A DNA stretch of 64,000 bases from NCBI RefSeq assembly GCF_030530635.1, contig NZ_JAUMUL010000001.1, positions 72,548 to 136,547 of the forward strand. The letters run 5' to 3'. Source of the stretch: Actinomyces sp. Its GTDB lineage: Bacteria; Actinomycetota; Actinomycetes; Actinomycetales; Actinomycetaceae. The notes beneath the pieces are model-generated. The model worked only from the letters and a program-made list of their open reading frames with translations, was not told where the DNA came from and made no database searches. This document shows positions 29,797 to 39,759 of this stretch, in pieces. A program made the translations under genes and the position numbers. The stretch's first letter is position 1. Each line of letters starts with the position of its first letter.

Positions 29797-30744
29797 GTGA
29801 TGTCGACATTCGTCGTTTGGGTGCTCGTGGCCGCCGTCGTATTCCAGCTGCCCGCCGCGAGCGCACTCCGGGACGGCTCCGGCCGGGATCAACACACCGA
29901 GGAGTACCTCGCCGGACAGGGGCTCGTGCTGCCGCCCGACCTGCGGCAGCAGCTGCTCTCGCGCCTGCATCTGCGGTCGCATACCGCCGTCGCCTGGGGC
30001 TGGGGCGGCTGGGCAGCGGGTGTCGCGATGGCCGCGGCGGTCCAGGCGTTCGGCGCCGTCCACCTCGTACCGCTCATCACGCTCCTGGCCACTGCTCTTG
30101 GGCATGCGACCGGCGCGATCATCGGCCTGATGCGGGAGGTGGTCGATCCTCTCCCAGCCGCACCCCGGGTGGCCCGCGCCCGGGCCACGACGTGGAGGGA
30201 TTACTGCGACCGCTGGGACCGTCGTGCGGCGCTCCTTGCGGTCCTGTCCACCGCTTTCGCCTGCATCGCCGCCCTGGGCGTGTGGGTGCTGACCCCGCTG
30301 CGCCCGGACGGCGGGTGGCTGGTGCTCGCGGCAGTCATCGGCGCGGGGGCGTGTGTGGGAGTCGCGGATATGCTCTGCCTGCGGCTCGCAGCGGTCCTGG
30401 CCGATCGTCCCCAGCGGGCACACGGCGACCTCGAGCTCGCCTGGGATGATGCGCTGCGCTCGGGCGCCGTCAGGGGAGTGCTCGACGTGGTTGTTGGCAC
30501 CGGGCTCCTGGCGACCCTGATCATTCTCGGGACCTCTGCCACGTGGCTGATCGCCCCGGAGGTGCGTGCCCGGGGCATGGAGCTGACCGCGCTCCTGGGG
30601 CTGGCCGCCCTTCTTGTGGGGCTCGCCTGCTGGGCGGCGATTCTCGTGCCGTGGCAGCGCGGACGGCGGGTGCGCAACCCCTCCCTGGGGCTGTGGCGCG
30701 ACCATGACCTCTCGGGGCCTGCGCAGGAGGGGCGGGCGTGCTGA
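29797..30744 (+). CDS. Integral membrane protein, hypothetical, with 6 or more TM segments.
   Basis: Hydrophobic segments throughout. The stop overlaps the start of the GntR gene (ATGCTGA). Confidence 0.5.
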   Translation: MMSTFVVWVLVAAVVFQLPAASALRDGSGRDQHTEEYLAGQGLVLPPDLRQQLLSRLHLRSHTAVAWGWGGWAAGVAMAAAVQAFGAVHLVPLITLLATALGHATGAIIGLMREVVDPLPAAPRVARARATTWRDYCDRWDRRAALLAVLSTAFACIAALGVWVLTPLRPDGGWLVLAAVIGAGACVGVADMLCLRLAAVLADRPQRAHGDLELAWDDALRSGAVRGVLDVVVGTGLLATLIILGTSATWLIAPEVRARGMELTALLGLAALLVGLACWAAILVPWQRGRRVRNPSLGLWRDHDLSGPAQEGRAC

Positions 30745-31121
30745 CGGTCGACGCCTCCGGGCGGACACCCCCCTTCGAGCAGATCCGGGACCAGTTGAGG
30801 GCGCAGATCGTCGCCGGGGATCTCGACGTCGGGACGAGGCTGCCCTCGGTACGTCGGCTCGCAGCGGACCTCGGGGTCGCTCCGGGGACGGTTGCCCGGG
30901 CCTACCGAGAACTCGAACAGGCCGGCCTGGTCCGCACCAACCGGCGCACCGGCACGATCGTCGCGCCGCCCGCGGCCGTGGGCGGGCGCAGTGCGGCCGA
31001 ACTCGCGGCGTACTGCGTCGCCGGAATGCGGGGGCTCGCGCTCACCGACGAGCAGATCGTGGCGGCCGTGCAGGACTGCCTGCGGCGTGATCCTCGACCG
31101 CCGACCGATTTCGGTACGTAA
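30738..31121 (+). CDS. GntR-family transcriptional regulator (winged-HTH domain only, 127 aa).
   Basis: LPSVRRLAADLGVAPGTVARAYRELEQAGLV is the canonical GntR HTH. Confidence 0.75.
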   Translation: MLTVDASGRTPPFEQIRDQLRAQIVAGDLDVGTRLPSVRRLAADLGVAPGTVARAYRELEQAGLVRTNRRTGTIVAPPAAVGGRSAAELAAYCVAGMRGLALTDEQIVAAVQDCLRRDPRPPTDFGT

Positions 31122-31210
31122 GTTCAACCGATCTCGGCGGGGGGCGGTGAATAGTTCGGCAGGCAGGGTGCGGAAGGCGTGGGGGACGGCCGCCGAGCCG
31201 CCGGTTGTGG
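31100..31210 (-). pseudogene. Fossil 3' end of an apbE paralog, about 110 bp, a degenerate duplicate of 32011-32120.
   Basis: The minus-strand translation GSAAVPHAFRTLPAELFTAPRRDR aligns in frame with the C-terminus of the intact ApbE (GSAAVSRTWHDLPAELFTSSSPRRDR*), with a 6-nt in-frame deletion and loss of the stop codon. Confidence 0.5.
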
Positions 31211-31280
31211 CCGTCGCGTGGCGCCACCAAGTGAAGACACGGCGCCACCACAGCCCTATATGTCAATAGTCCGGTAACTT

Positions 31281-31856
31281 TCAAGCACTGGCAGTCAGAG
31301 CGGCTGCTCCGAATGACACGCTGAAGTCTTCGCACCAGAGGACCACGGACTTCCAGGTCGTCAGGTCGATATCCGAGGGCAAGTCGTACAGCTGGTTGCC
31401 TTTGTTCCCCTTTAGAGTAGAGACGTCGAGGTGATCGTGATCGGCTGCCGTGTGCCATCCGCCCGTACCCTCGACCACGGGTCCTGCGCTTAACCACACG
31501 TGGACATCTGGTCCGTTAGAAGTCATCAGGTCGGCCAACGCAAGTTGGTGGCTCCCGTCCGGCAACCTGTAGATGGTCGCCGTGCCGCTCGTCTCGTGCT
31601 CGTGGGATACGAAGGAGCCGGTAGCCACGACGGTGGGGGCGGCGGGCTGGGACTGCGTTTGCAGACCCGGGTCGGGAGCGTCCGATTGCGGTGTATCTGG
31701 TGCTGTAGCGGCTGCTGGCGGTAGCGCGTCGTTGACGGTCTTGTCAATGAATAGGAGCCAGGGTTTGAAAATGGCTAGAGCGGCGATGAGCAGGATCGCG
31801 GTTATGCCAGCCAGAGGCAGGATGACACGCTTGCTGTGCGGGAAGGCGAGCGACAC
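31281..31856 (-). CDS. DM13-domain protein (predicted electron-transfer domain), N-terminally membrane-anchored.
   Basis: N-terminal TM segment (ILPLAGITAILLIAALAIF), then TGSFVSHEHETSGTATIYRLPDGSHQLALADLMTSNGPDVHVWLS, which is consistent with the DM13 beta-fold consensus. Confidence 0.55.
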   Translation of the reverse strand: MSLAFPHSKRVILPLAGITAILLIAALAIFKPWLLFIDKTVNDALPPAAATAPDTPQSDAPDPGLQTQSQPAAPTVVATGSFVSHEHETSGTATIYRLPDGSHQLALADLMTSNGPDVHVWLSAGPVVEGTGGWHTAADHDHLDVSTLKGNKGNQLYDLPSDIDLTTWKSVVLWCEDFSVSFGAAALTASA

Positions 31857-32040
31857 AAAGGTCTCCTTTCAATGTTTCCTCAATGATAGATATACCTTAT
31901 GTGGCGAGTGCAGCCTTGTCTAATCGCTGTGAATGAACGCTTGGTGGTTGCGCATCGCTGTTAGCGCCGTCGCGTAAGCCGGATGGACGCCCGGCTACTG
32001 ATCTCGGCAGAGGACTGCCACCGATCTCGGTACGTAACGT

Positions 32041-33090
32041 CTACCGATCTCGGCGGGGGGAGGAGGAGGTGAAGAGTTCCGCGGGCAGGTCGTGCCAGGT
32101 GCGGGAGACGGCGGCGGAGCCGTCGGCGCGCAGCAGGGCGAAGTCATAGTCGAAGCCCGCAGCCGCCAGGGCCGCGGGATCGCTCACGAACAGCGCCGTG
32201 GCCAGTCCGTCCGCCTCGGCGCAGCTGCCCGCAACCGCCCAGGTCGCGATGACGGCGTTCATCCCCTGTATCGGCAGGCCCGTGTGCGCATCCAGGATGT
32301 GGTGCAGTCCCGGTCCCCAGGTGCGGCGGGAGACGCCCGAGGCACACACCGCCCCATTGGCAAGCTCGACGACGCCGACCACCTCGCCTTCACCCCCGCT
32401 CGCCGCCCCGGGCCGTTCCAGGCCGATGCGCACCGGCTCGGAGCAGTGCACCAGCAGGTCGCCGTCGGCGTCAATCAAGTACTCGTCGCGGCCATCCTCC
32501 CGCAGCCAGGCGGCCAGCAGGTCGGCCAGGAAACCCTTCCCGGCGGCGCCGACGTCGATCAGCACCGGCTCGTGCAGCACTAGCCTGTCGCCATCGTGGC
32601 GGGCGGTGTCCGCCCAGGTGGGCCGCCCATGGTCGGCCCCGAGCCTGTGGACGGCGCCGTCGCGCACCACGAAGCTGTATTCGGCGTCATAGCCGAGCGC
32701 TACCAGATCTGCGCCGGCAAGAGGGTCGATGCGTCCGTCGGTGGCGCCGTGCAGCCGGTCGTACAGGTCGAGCAGCGCCGCAGATCCGGGTGGCAGCTCA
32801 AGTACGACCTCGCCGTGCCGTCCCCGGACGATTCGCCCGCCGCCCGGCCCGTGACTGACCCGCACGGCAGCCGCACGGCGCATCAACGACCCGGTGCGGA
32901 AGCGCGACCAGACATCTTCGAAGGCGTCCACGCGCGCCGTGACCTTTTCGCGCAGCGTGTCGGGCAGGGGAGAGCGGGTATAGACCACCCACCGGCAGCC
33001 GGTGGCCTCGAAGTGCCAGGCCTGCGTGAGCCCGCCGGGGGCCTCCAGTGCGCACATATCCCCTCCCTGACCTGGATCAATGCAGACCAT
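32041..33090 (-). CDS. apbE: FAD:protein FMN transferase (ApbE family).
   Basis: ApbE-like segments IDVGAAGKGFLADL and GLHHILDAHTGLP, 349 aa. No signal peptide is visible at this start. Confidence 0.7.
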   Translation of the reverse strand: MVCIDPGQGGDMCALEAPGGLTQAWHFEATGCRWVVYTRSPLPDTLREKVTARVDAFEDVWSRFRTGSLMRRAAAVRVSHGPGGGRIVRGRHGEVVLELPPGSAALLDLYDRLHGATDGRIDPLAGADLVALGYDAEYSFVVRDGAVHRLGADHGRPTWADTARHDGDRLVLHEPVLIDVGAAGKGFLADLLAAWLREDGRDEYLIDADGDLLVHCSEPVRIGLERPGAASGGEGEVVGVVELANGAVCASGVSRRTWGPGLHHILDAHTGLPIQGMNAVIATWAVAGSCAEADGLATALFVSDPAALAAAGFDYDFALLRADGSAAVSRTWHDLPAELFTSSSPRRDR

Positions 33091-33235
33091 CCGATCATGA
33101 CTGCCCGTCAGGTCTCGATGCGACCGGTTTTGACGTGACCAAATAAGTGAGCCTACTCTTTTGGATACAGGTCTGCCTTACCTATTCAGAGGGAGCGCCG
33201 GCCGACGCCTACAGCACGTGAAGGAACCCGTCCGC

Positions 33236-34975
33236 ATGTCCCACGCCTCGGTACAGTCCCGCTCCATGCCCCAGCCGGTGCGCGCCGGCGTCGCGCTCGG
33301 AGCGGTATTACTGCTGCTGATGGGAGTGGTCTCCGGGCCCTGGTCGACGGCCCGGGCGGCCGAGTCCGACACGGACTATGACTCCTGGAGCGCCGTGGCG
33401 CAGGCCATCGCCGCGCAGCTCACCGCCGCGTCCGACTCCTACGCCTCGGGCGACACCTCCGGAGCCGCCGCCGCCTTCCAGCGCGCCTACAACTCCGGGT
33501 ACGTCGCCTCCAACCTTCAGGTCGTCACCACCGACAATCTCGGCGCCGACGTCGTCACCCAGCAACGGCAGGCCTTCAACGACCTGCGTCGGGCCGCCTA
33601 CTCCACAGGCAACGCACAGACCATCAGCTCCGGCATCACGGCGCTATCCGACTCCCTTACCGATACCACCGCCCAACTCGATGATCTGGCCGACCTGGCC
33701 GACCCACGTAGCTACGCCGCCAATCAGGCCGCCACCATCGCCACCGAGCGGGCCGAGATCCAGGCCAACAAGACCCGGGTCAATGAGGGACGCGGCGAGC
33801 GCACCTGGACTCAGGTCGCCGCCGAGATGAACGAGCTGATCGACTCCGGCGTGGACAAGGCCGCCTCCGGAGACCGCGAGGGCGGTGCTGCCGACGTCAA
33901 CAGTGCCTACTACGGCTACTACGAGAAGCTCGGCTTTGAGAAGACTGTCATGGCCGCCATCTCCGGCGACCGTGTCTCCGAGGTGGAGAACCAGTTCAAG
34001 ATCGTGCGCAAAGCCATGATTCGAGGCGACGACAGCAGCACGGTCAGCGCCGAGGCCGAGACCCTCAAGAACTACCTGACCGAGGACGCCGCCGCCCTCG
34101 ACGGCGGCGCGGCCGACAACGTCAGCCCCGTCAAGGCCTTCCTGACCGGCTCCTTCGGGCAGGCCTTCCTGATTCTGCTGCGTGAGGGCCTGGAGGCGAT
34201 CCTGGTGGTCGCCGCCGTCATCGCCTACCTGCTCAAGGCCGGTATGCGGGACCGTGTCAAGTACATCTACGCTGGGGTCGCCCTGGGATTGGCGGGCTCA
34301 GGGCTGGTGGCGCTGGCCTTCACCTGGCTGTACGACTCGGCCTCCGCCCATCAGGAGGTCCTTGAGGGCATCGTGGCACTGATAGCCATGGTGATGTTGC
34401 TGTTCACGTCCAACTGGATGCTGTCGAAGTCCTCGGTGGCGTCATGGAACCGCTACATCAAGGACAAGACCGAGGCCTCCATCTCCAACGGCGGCTTCTG
34501 GGCGCTGGCCTCGCTGTCATTCCTGGCGGTCTTCCGTGAGGGCGCCGAGACGGTCATGTTCTACGAGGCGCTGTTCACCATGGACCCCGGTGGCTCGGCC
34601 GGCATATGGCAGGGCTTCGCCGCCGGTGCGGTCGTGCTCGTGGTCATCTTCCTGCTCATCCGCTTCACCAGCGTGAGGATTCCGCTGCGGCCCTTCTTCG
34701 CCATCACGAGTTTCCTCATGGCCGTCCTCGTCGTGATTTTCGCCGGCGGCGGCGCCCACGCCCTCATTGAGGGCGACATCATCCCGGCGACTTACGTCCA
34801 GGGATGGCCCACGTACGACTACCTGGGCCTGTACCCCTACCGGGAGACTCTCCTGTTCCAGGCCTTCATGGCCGTGGTCGTCATCGTCCTGTCCATCGCC
34901 TCCGTTGTGCGCCACCGCCGTGCGGACGCCGTCCGGGCGGCCATGGATGCGGACGCCGAGGCCACGGCCCAATAG
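33236..34975 (+). CDS. FTR1-family iron permease with a large N-terminal extracytoplasmic domain (FetM-like).
   Basis: Signal peptide, a roughly 330-aa soluble domain and a C-terminal 7-TM region with REGLEA (RExxE iron-binding motif). RBS GAAGGAA upstream. Confidence 0.75.
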   Translation: MSHASVQSRSMPQPVRAGVALGAVLLLLMGVVSGPWSTARAAESDTDYDSWSAVAQAIAAQLTAASDSYASGDTSGAAAAFQRAYNSGYVASNLQVVTTDNLGADVVTQQRQAFNDLRRAAYSTGNAQTISSGITALSDSLTDTTAQLDDLADLADPRSYAANQAATIATERAEIQANKTRVNEGRGERTWTQVAAEMNELIDSGVDKAASGDREGGAADVNSAYYGYYEKLGFEKTVMAAISGDRVSEVENQFKIVRKAMIRGDDSSTVSAEAETLKNYLTEDAAALDGGAADNVSPVKAFLTGSFGQAFLILLREGLEAILVVAAVIAYLLKAGMRDRVKYIYAGVALGLAGSGLVALAFTWLYDSASAHQEVLEGIVALIAMVMLLFTSNWMLSKSSVASWNRYIKDKTEASISNGGFWALASLSFLAVFREGAETVMFYEALFTMDPGGSAGIWQGFAAGAVVLVVIFLLIRFTSVRIPLRPFFAITSFLMAVLVVIFAGGGAHALIEGDIIPATYVQGWPTYDYLGLYPYRETLLFQAFMAVVVIVLSIASVVRHRRADAVRAAMDADAEATAQ

Positions 34976-35026
34976 TCCTGGGCGCACCGAATAATCAGCA
35001 CCAACAACCAACGAAGGAAACACCCC

Positions 35027-35656
35027 ATGCGATCCCTCAAGCTCATCAGCGCCACGGGCGCACTCGTCCTGGCCGGGACCCTCGGCCTGGTCGCCTGCTC
35101 TTCCAATAACGCCGACGACGCCTCGTCCGGCGCAGCCACGCAGGCCGCTGCGGACTCCGGTAACGAGGCCGGATTCGAGGAGTTCAGTGTCAACGAATCC
35201 CAGGAGGATCAGGAGGCCGAGGGGCAGATCAGCGTCAACTTGGTCTACTTCCAGCCGGTCGACATGGAGCCCGCAGGGGCCGCCGGCTTGGCGGCTTCGA
35301 ACGCCAGCTTCCACATGGAGGCCGACATCAGCGCCTTGGCCGACAACACCCTCGGTTACGGTGCCGGTGACTTCGTGCCCGGGCTGACCGTGGACTATTC
35401 CATTGCCCGCGCGGACGGATCCGGCGAGCCGGTGGAGGGCACCTTCATGCAGATGAACGCCTCCGACGGCCCCCACTACGGGGCCAACATCGCTCTGAAT
35501 GAGGCCGGCCAGTACAAGGTCACCATCACCATCCACAGCCCGGAGGAGAACGGCTGGGTGCTGCACACCGACCCCGAGACCGGTGTTGAGGGTCGCTTCT
35601 GGAACGAGCCCATCGAACTCACCTGGGACTGGGACTACACCCCCATGGAGTGGTGA
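35027..35656 (+). CDS. P19/FetP-family periplasmic iron-transport lipoprotein.
   Basis: Lipobox (LGLVACSS), 209 aa, His/Met/Glu-rich beta protein. Its position immediately after the FTR1 permease is the conserved FetMP/cFtr1-P19 arrangement. Confidence 0.65.
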   Translation: MRSLKLISATGALVLAGTLGLVACSSNNADDASSGAATQAAADSGNEAGFEEFSVNESQEDQEAEGQISVNLVYFQPVDMEPAGAAGLAASNASFHMEADISALADNTLGYGAGDFVPGLTVDYSIARADGSGEPVEGTFMQMNASDGPHYGANIALNEAGQYKVTITIHSPEENGWVLHTDPETGVEGRFWNEPIELTWDWDYTPMEW

Positions 35657-35833
35657 GCCGCCGGTGCCGCCGCGCGCCCCGGTAGGGGGAGAGGCCGGCG
35701 TCGCCACCGGTTGTCGCCGTATCCCCGACTTCCGCCACTTGGCGGCTCGGCCGGGGATACGGCGACACCGATAGTGTAGGAACAGGAATCATCGCCCCGG
35801 TCACGGGGAGTCACCGACAGGAGCGCACACGGA

Positions 35834-37105
35834 ATGCTGGAACGCTTCGTATCCGTGGTCGGCGGGGCCACCCTGCCCTTTCTGCTGTACGCCGCCCTGA
35901 CCGTGCTACTGGCGCCGCCCGTCGTCGAGGGGTGGTCACGCTCAAGCCGCTGGCGATTGGCCTGCGCACTTCTCGGCACCGGGGCCGCGCTGGTCTTCGC
36001 CGGCCTGCGGGCATTTGCAGTCATCGACCGGCGCACCGTGGTGAATATCCCCACGCTCATCGCGTGCGTGGCCGTCGACGCCGCGCTGATCATCGTGCTC
36101 CTCCTGCACTCGCGCCGTCGCACGTGGGGGGTGGACGGTTCACTCGGCTCGGTGGCGCAGGTGGTTGCCTGCCTGGCGATTGCCTTGGCATTCTTCCGCG
36201 CCGTCCCGGAGATCGTGCTGCAGCTCACGGCCTTCATCGAGCCGGGCGAGGAGATCGTGTCCTCCGAGATGCTGCTGCGCCTACTGGGTTTCATCGGTGG
36301 GTGGGCGGCAGTGGCCCTACTCGCCTTCATCTACTGCCGCACCGCCCGGCGTACTCCGGTGCGGCCCACTCGCCTGACCCTCCTGGCCTTCATCATCGCC
36401 TTCGCTGCGATGCACCTGATACAGCTGGCCCGAGTACTGCAGTCGGCGCACCTGATTCGCCTGGGTGGGACGGCCTTCCGGATCATGACCTGGGCCACCA
36501 ACAACGCCGGCGGTGTCATCCTGCTGATGGCCGCCGCGGTGTGGCTGGTGCCCATGGCAATCACCCTGGTGAGGGTGCTCGGGCCCACTCCGGGGCAGGC
36601 CAATCCGGCGCGCACCCGAGCCCTGCGTGCCGAGCGTCGTCGCTCCCGCCGGTGGGTGCTCGCCTCGGGTCTCGGCTTCGCGGCGTTGGTGACCACTCGC
36701 ACCGTGGCGGTGGCGAAGGTCAATGAGGTCCCCACCCTTTCCGATCCGGAGCCCTATGAGTTGACCGCCGATGCCGCCGTGGTATCCGCGAGCACTCTGG
36801 CCGACGGACACCTGCACCGTTTCGCCTACACGGCCGCCGCCGGCACCGAAATCCGCTTCATCATGATCCTGAAGAACGGCGGCGCCTACGGGGTGGGTCT
36901 GGACGCCTGCGAGTCCTGCGGGCCGGCCGGCTACTTCGAGGCCGACGGCAAGATCATCTGCAAGCGCTGCGACGTCGCCATCAATCCGGCCACCATCGGA
37001 TTCAAGGGTGGCTGTAATCCGATCCCCATTGATTTCACGGTTGCCGACGGCGCCGTCACCGTGCCGCTGTCCACCTTGGAGGAGCGCGCGGAGGTGTTTG
37101 CCTGA
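35834..37105 (+). CDS. Polytopic membrane protein with a C-terminal Cys-rich domain (CESCGPAGYF...CKRCDV); FetA/Cj1660-like, DUF2318-type.
   Basis: N-terminal TM region, then a soluble domain with CxxC...CxxC. It occupies the position equivalent to fetA/cj1660 downstream of P19. Confidence 0.5.
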   Translation: MLERFVSVVGGATLPFLLYAALTVLLAPPVVEGWSRSSRWRLACALLGTGAALVFAGLRAFAVIDRRTVVNIPTLIACVAVDAALIIVLLLHSRRRTWGVDGSLGSVAQVVACLAIALAFFRAVPEIVLQLTAFIEPGEEIVSSEMLLRLLGFIGGWAAVALLAFIYCRTARRTPVRPTRLTLLAFIIAFAAMHLIQLARVLQSAHLIRLGGTAFRIMTWATNNAGGVILLMAAAVWLVPMAITLVRVLGPTPGQANPARTRALRAERRRSRRWVLASGLGFAALVTTRTVAVAKVNEVPTLSDPEPYELTADAAVVSASTLADGHLHRFAYTAAAGTEIRFIMILKNGGAYGVGLDACESCGPAGYFEADGKIICKRCDVAINPATIGFKGGCNPIPIDFTVADGAVTVPLSTLEERAEVFA

Positions 37106-37106
37106 G

Positions 37107-38396
37107 ATGTTCTTCGTCCACCTGCTGCACCGCTCCTTCACGCGCCAGTTGTGGCGGCGGTCTCTGATCGCCCTGACCGTGGCGCTATGCGCGTCGATAT
37201 CTGTGGCTATGCTCGGCGTGGTGCTCGACGTGGGCGATAAGCTGAATGCCGAGCTGACCGCCTACGGCTCCAATATCGTGGTCCGCCCCAAGGCCGACGC
37301 CGTGGTGTCCGGACTGTACGAGACCGAGGAGGACGCCGAGGCGACCGCCTTCATCGATGAGGACGAGGTGCCCGGTATCAAGACGATCTTCTGGGCCTAC
37401 AACATCGTGGACTTCGCCGCCAGGCTCACCGGTCGCGTCGACGTGTCCTCCGATGGCGGCCGCGCCCCCGACCTGGCGGTCACCGGCACCTGGTTCGACA
37501 AGGAGCTGGATCTGTCCACGGGGCAGACCACTACCGCCGGGGTGACCACGTTGCGCTCGTGGTGGACGTTGGAGGGGAGCTGGCCCGACGACGAGGCCGA
37601 CGAGGCGGTCGTCGGCGCCACGCTGGCGGGGCGTCTGGGTGTCACCGCCGGCGACACCCTCACCTTGTCGACCGGAACCGGTGAACGGAGCCTTACCGTC
37701 ACCGGTGTGTACACCTCCGGCGATGATGATGACGGCTCCCTGTACGCCCCGCTGGCAGTCGTCCAGGAGCTCACCGGCCACGTCGGCCAGGTCGATCAGG
37801 TCGAGGTCAAGGCCCTGACCACCCCGGAGAATGACCTGTCGCGCAAGGCCGCCCGTAACCCGAATGTGTTGTCCGCCGCCGAGTGGGAGACCTGGTACTG
37901 CACCGCATACGCTTCCTCCATCACGTACCAGATCGAGGAGGTCATGCCCGGTGCGGTCGCCAAGCAGGTGCGTCAGGTCGCCGCCGTCGAGGGCAAGGTG
38001 CTGGAGAAGACCCAGGCGCTGATGATCCTCATGACCGCTCTCAGTCTGGTGGCCGCGGTCTTGGCGGTCGCCTCCCTGACCAGGGCCTCACTGGTGGAGC
38101 GCACGAGCGAGTTCGCTCTGCTCAAGGCCGTGGGCGCCTCCTCCGCGTCGCTCAACCGACTGATACTGGCCGAGACCGGCGTCATCGGGGTGGTGGGTAC
38201 GGCGGTCGGGGCCTTGGCCGGCTCCGGTATCGCCCAGCTGATCGGGCAGGTGGTATTCGGTTCGGCGATCACCATGCGTCCCATGGTGTATGTGCTGGTG
38301 GCGGTGCTGGTGGCGCTGGTGCTACTGAGCGCCACCGCCTCCTCAATGCGCGCCATCTTGCGGATTCAGCCCGCGACCGCCCTGCACAGGCGGTGA
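37107..38396 (+). CDS. ABC transporter permease, FtsX/MacB-type (FetB-like).
   Basis: N-terminal TM segment, a large extracytoplasmic domain and a C-terminal FtsX 3-TM bundle (LLKAVGASSASLNRLILAE). Confidence 0.7.
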   Translation: MFFVHLLHRSFTRQLWRRSLIALTVALCASISVAMLGVVLDVGDKLNAELTAYGSNIVVRPKADAVVSGLYETEEDAEATAFIDEDEVPGIKTIFWAYNIVDFAARLTGRVDVSSDGGRAPDLAVTGTWFDKELDLSTGQTTTAGVTTLRSWWTLEGSWPDDEADEAVVGATLAGRLGVTAGDTLTLSTGTGERSLTVTGVYTSGDDDDGSLYAPLAVVQELTGHVGQVDQVEVKALTTPENDLSRKAARNPNVLSAAEWETWYCTAYASSITYQIEEVMPGAVAKQVRQVAAVEGKVLEKTQALMILMTALSLVAAVLAVASLTRASLVERTSEFALLKAVGASSASLNRLILAETGVIGVVGTAVGALAGSGIAQLIGQVVFGSAITMRPMVYVLVAVLVALVLLSATASSMRAILRIQPATALHRR

Positions 38397-38402
38397 TCGG
38401 CG

Positions 38403-39758
38403 ATGACTGACCGCTCCCGCGCGAAGCATCCCATGACCAACCGGGGCATGTTCGCCACCATGCTCATCGGCGCCCTGCTCCGACGCCGCTCGCGGGCTCT
38501 TGCCGCGATCGGATCCTCCGTGGTGGGTGCGGCCACCCTGTTCTGCTTGGCGGCCATCTGCCTGGCGGTACCCGCCCAGATGAGCGCGGAGATGCGCCAG
38601 TACGGCGCCAATCTCATAGTGATGCCCGTCGATGCGGGTGCGGGTTCAGTCGCCGGCGGCTCCGCGTCGGTGGACGCCCTCACCGGCTCGGCCCCTGCGG
38701 AGTCCGATGCCGCCGGGACGCGGACCTCACGCATCACCGATGCCGACCTGGGCGTCGTGGACACCGCCGTGGCCGCCGCCACCGGCACCACCGCCGATCG
38801 ACTGGCCACCGCCGCCTACCGCTATGAGACCATTCGCATCAACCGCTCCCCGTATCTGCTGGCCGGAATCGACGTCGACGCCGTGCGCGCCCTGAACGGG
38901 CACTGGGAAATCGAGGGCGACTGGCCCCGTGAGGGGCAGGTACTTGTGGGCATGAACGTGGCCGAGGCCGCCGGCCTGGGGGTGGGCTCAACCGTTAACG
39001 CCGAGTACCTCTCCAGTGACAACCTCGCTCCGGTCGGTGACTTGGACGACGCCGCGGCTGCTGGCACGGCGGTCACCGCCGACCCGGCCAAGGAGGATGA
39101 GGAGGCGGCGGGGCGGGCCCAGTGGCGGGTGTCCGGCCTGGTCGACACCGGCGGCGAGGAGGATGACATCGTCTATGTTCCCAAAGCCGCGATTGAGTCG
39201 CTGACCGGGACCTTAGACGCCGGCTACGACGTGGTGGAGTTCTCCGTGGATACTGCGGTGGCCGGTACGGGCGAGGTCGCCGCGGCCGTCGCCGAGTCCG
39301 AGGCCTCCGAGCGCGTCGTCGCGCGGCCCGTCTCCAAGATCTCCAGCGGCGACACTCGCATCATTACCATGCTCAACACGCTGTTCTGGGTAGTGGCGGT
39401 GGTGGTGCTCGGTCTGACCCTCGTGGGCGTGTCCACCACCATGACCGTGGTCGTCGCCGAGCGGCGTAAAGAGATCGGTCTGCGTAAGGCGCTGGGCGCC
39501 TCCAGCCGGTCCATTGCCGCCGAGTTCTTCGCGGAGGCCGCGCTGCTGGGGCTTATCGGCGGACTGATCGGCACCGCCATCGGTTACGGGCTGGCCGTCG
39601 GTGTCGGCCTGGGCGTATTCGACCGGCCCATAGCCTTCAGCTGGTGGTTGGCTACGGCCTCCGTCGCACTCACGACGCTGGTGGCCGTCATAGCCTCATA
39701 CTCGCCGGTGCGCCGCGCCTCGCGCATCGACCCCGCGCTGGTACTCAGGGAGGAATGA
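38403..39758 (+). CDS. ABC transporter permease, FtsX/MacB-type (FetC-like).
   Basis: Same architecture as the previous permease; GLRKALGASSRSIAAEFFAEA is the FtsX motif. Confidence 0.7.
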   Translation: MTDRSRAKHPMTNRGMFATMLIGALLRRRSRALAAIGSSVVGAATLFCLAAICLAVPAQMSAEMRQYGANLIVMPVDAGAGSVAGGSASVDALTGSAPAESDAAGTRTSRITDADLGVVDTAVAAATGTTADRLATAAYRYETIRINRSPYLLAGIDVDAVRALNGHWEIEGDWPREGQVLVGMNVAEAAGLGVGSTVNAEYLSSDNLAPVGDLDDAAAAGTAVTADPAKEDEEAAGRAQWRVSGLVDTGGEEDDIVYVPKAAIESLTGTLDAGYDVVEFSVDTAVAGTGEVAAAVAESEASERVVARPVSKISSGDTRIITMLNTLFWVVAVVVLGLTLVGVSTTMTVVVAERRKEIGLRKALGASSRSIAAEFFAEAALLGLIGGLIGTAIGYGLAVGVGLGVFDRPIAFSWWLATASVALTTLVAVIASYSPVRRASRIDPALVLREE

Positions 39759-39759
39759 A

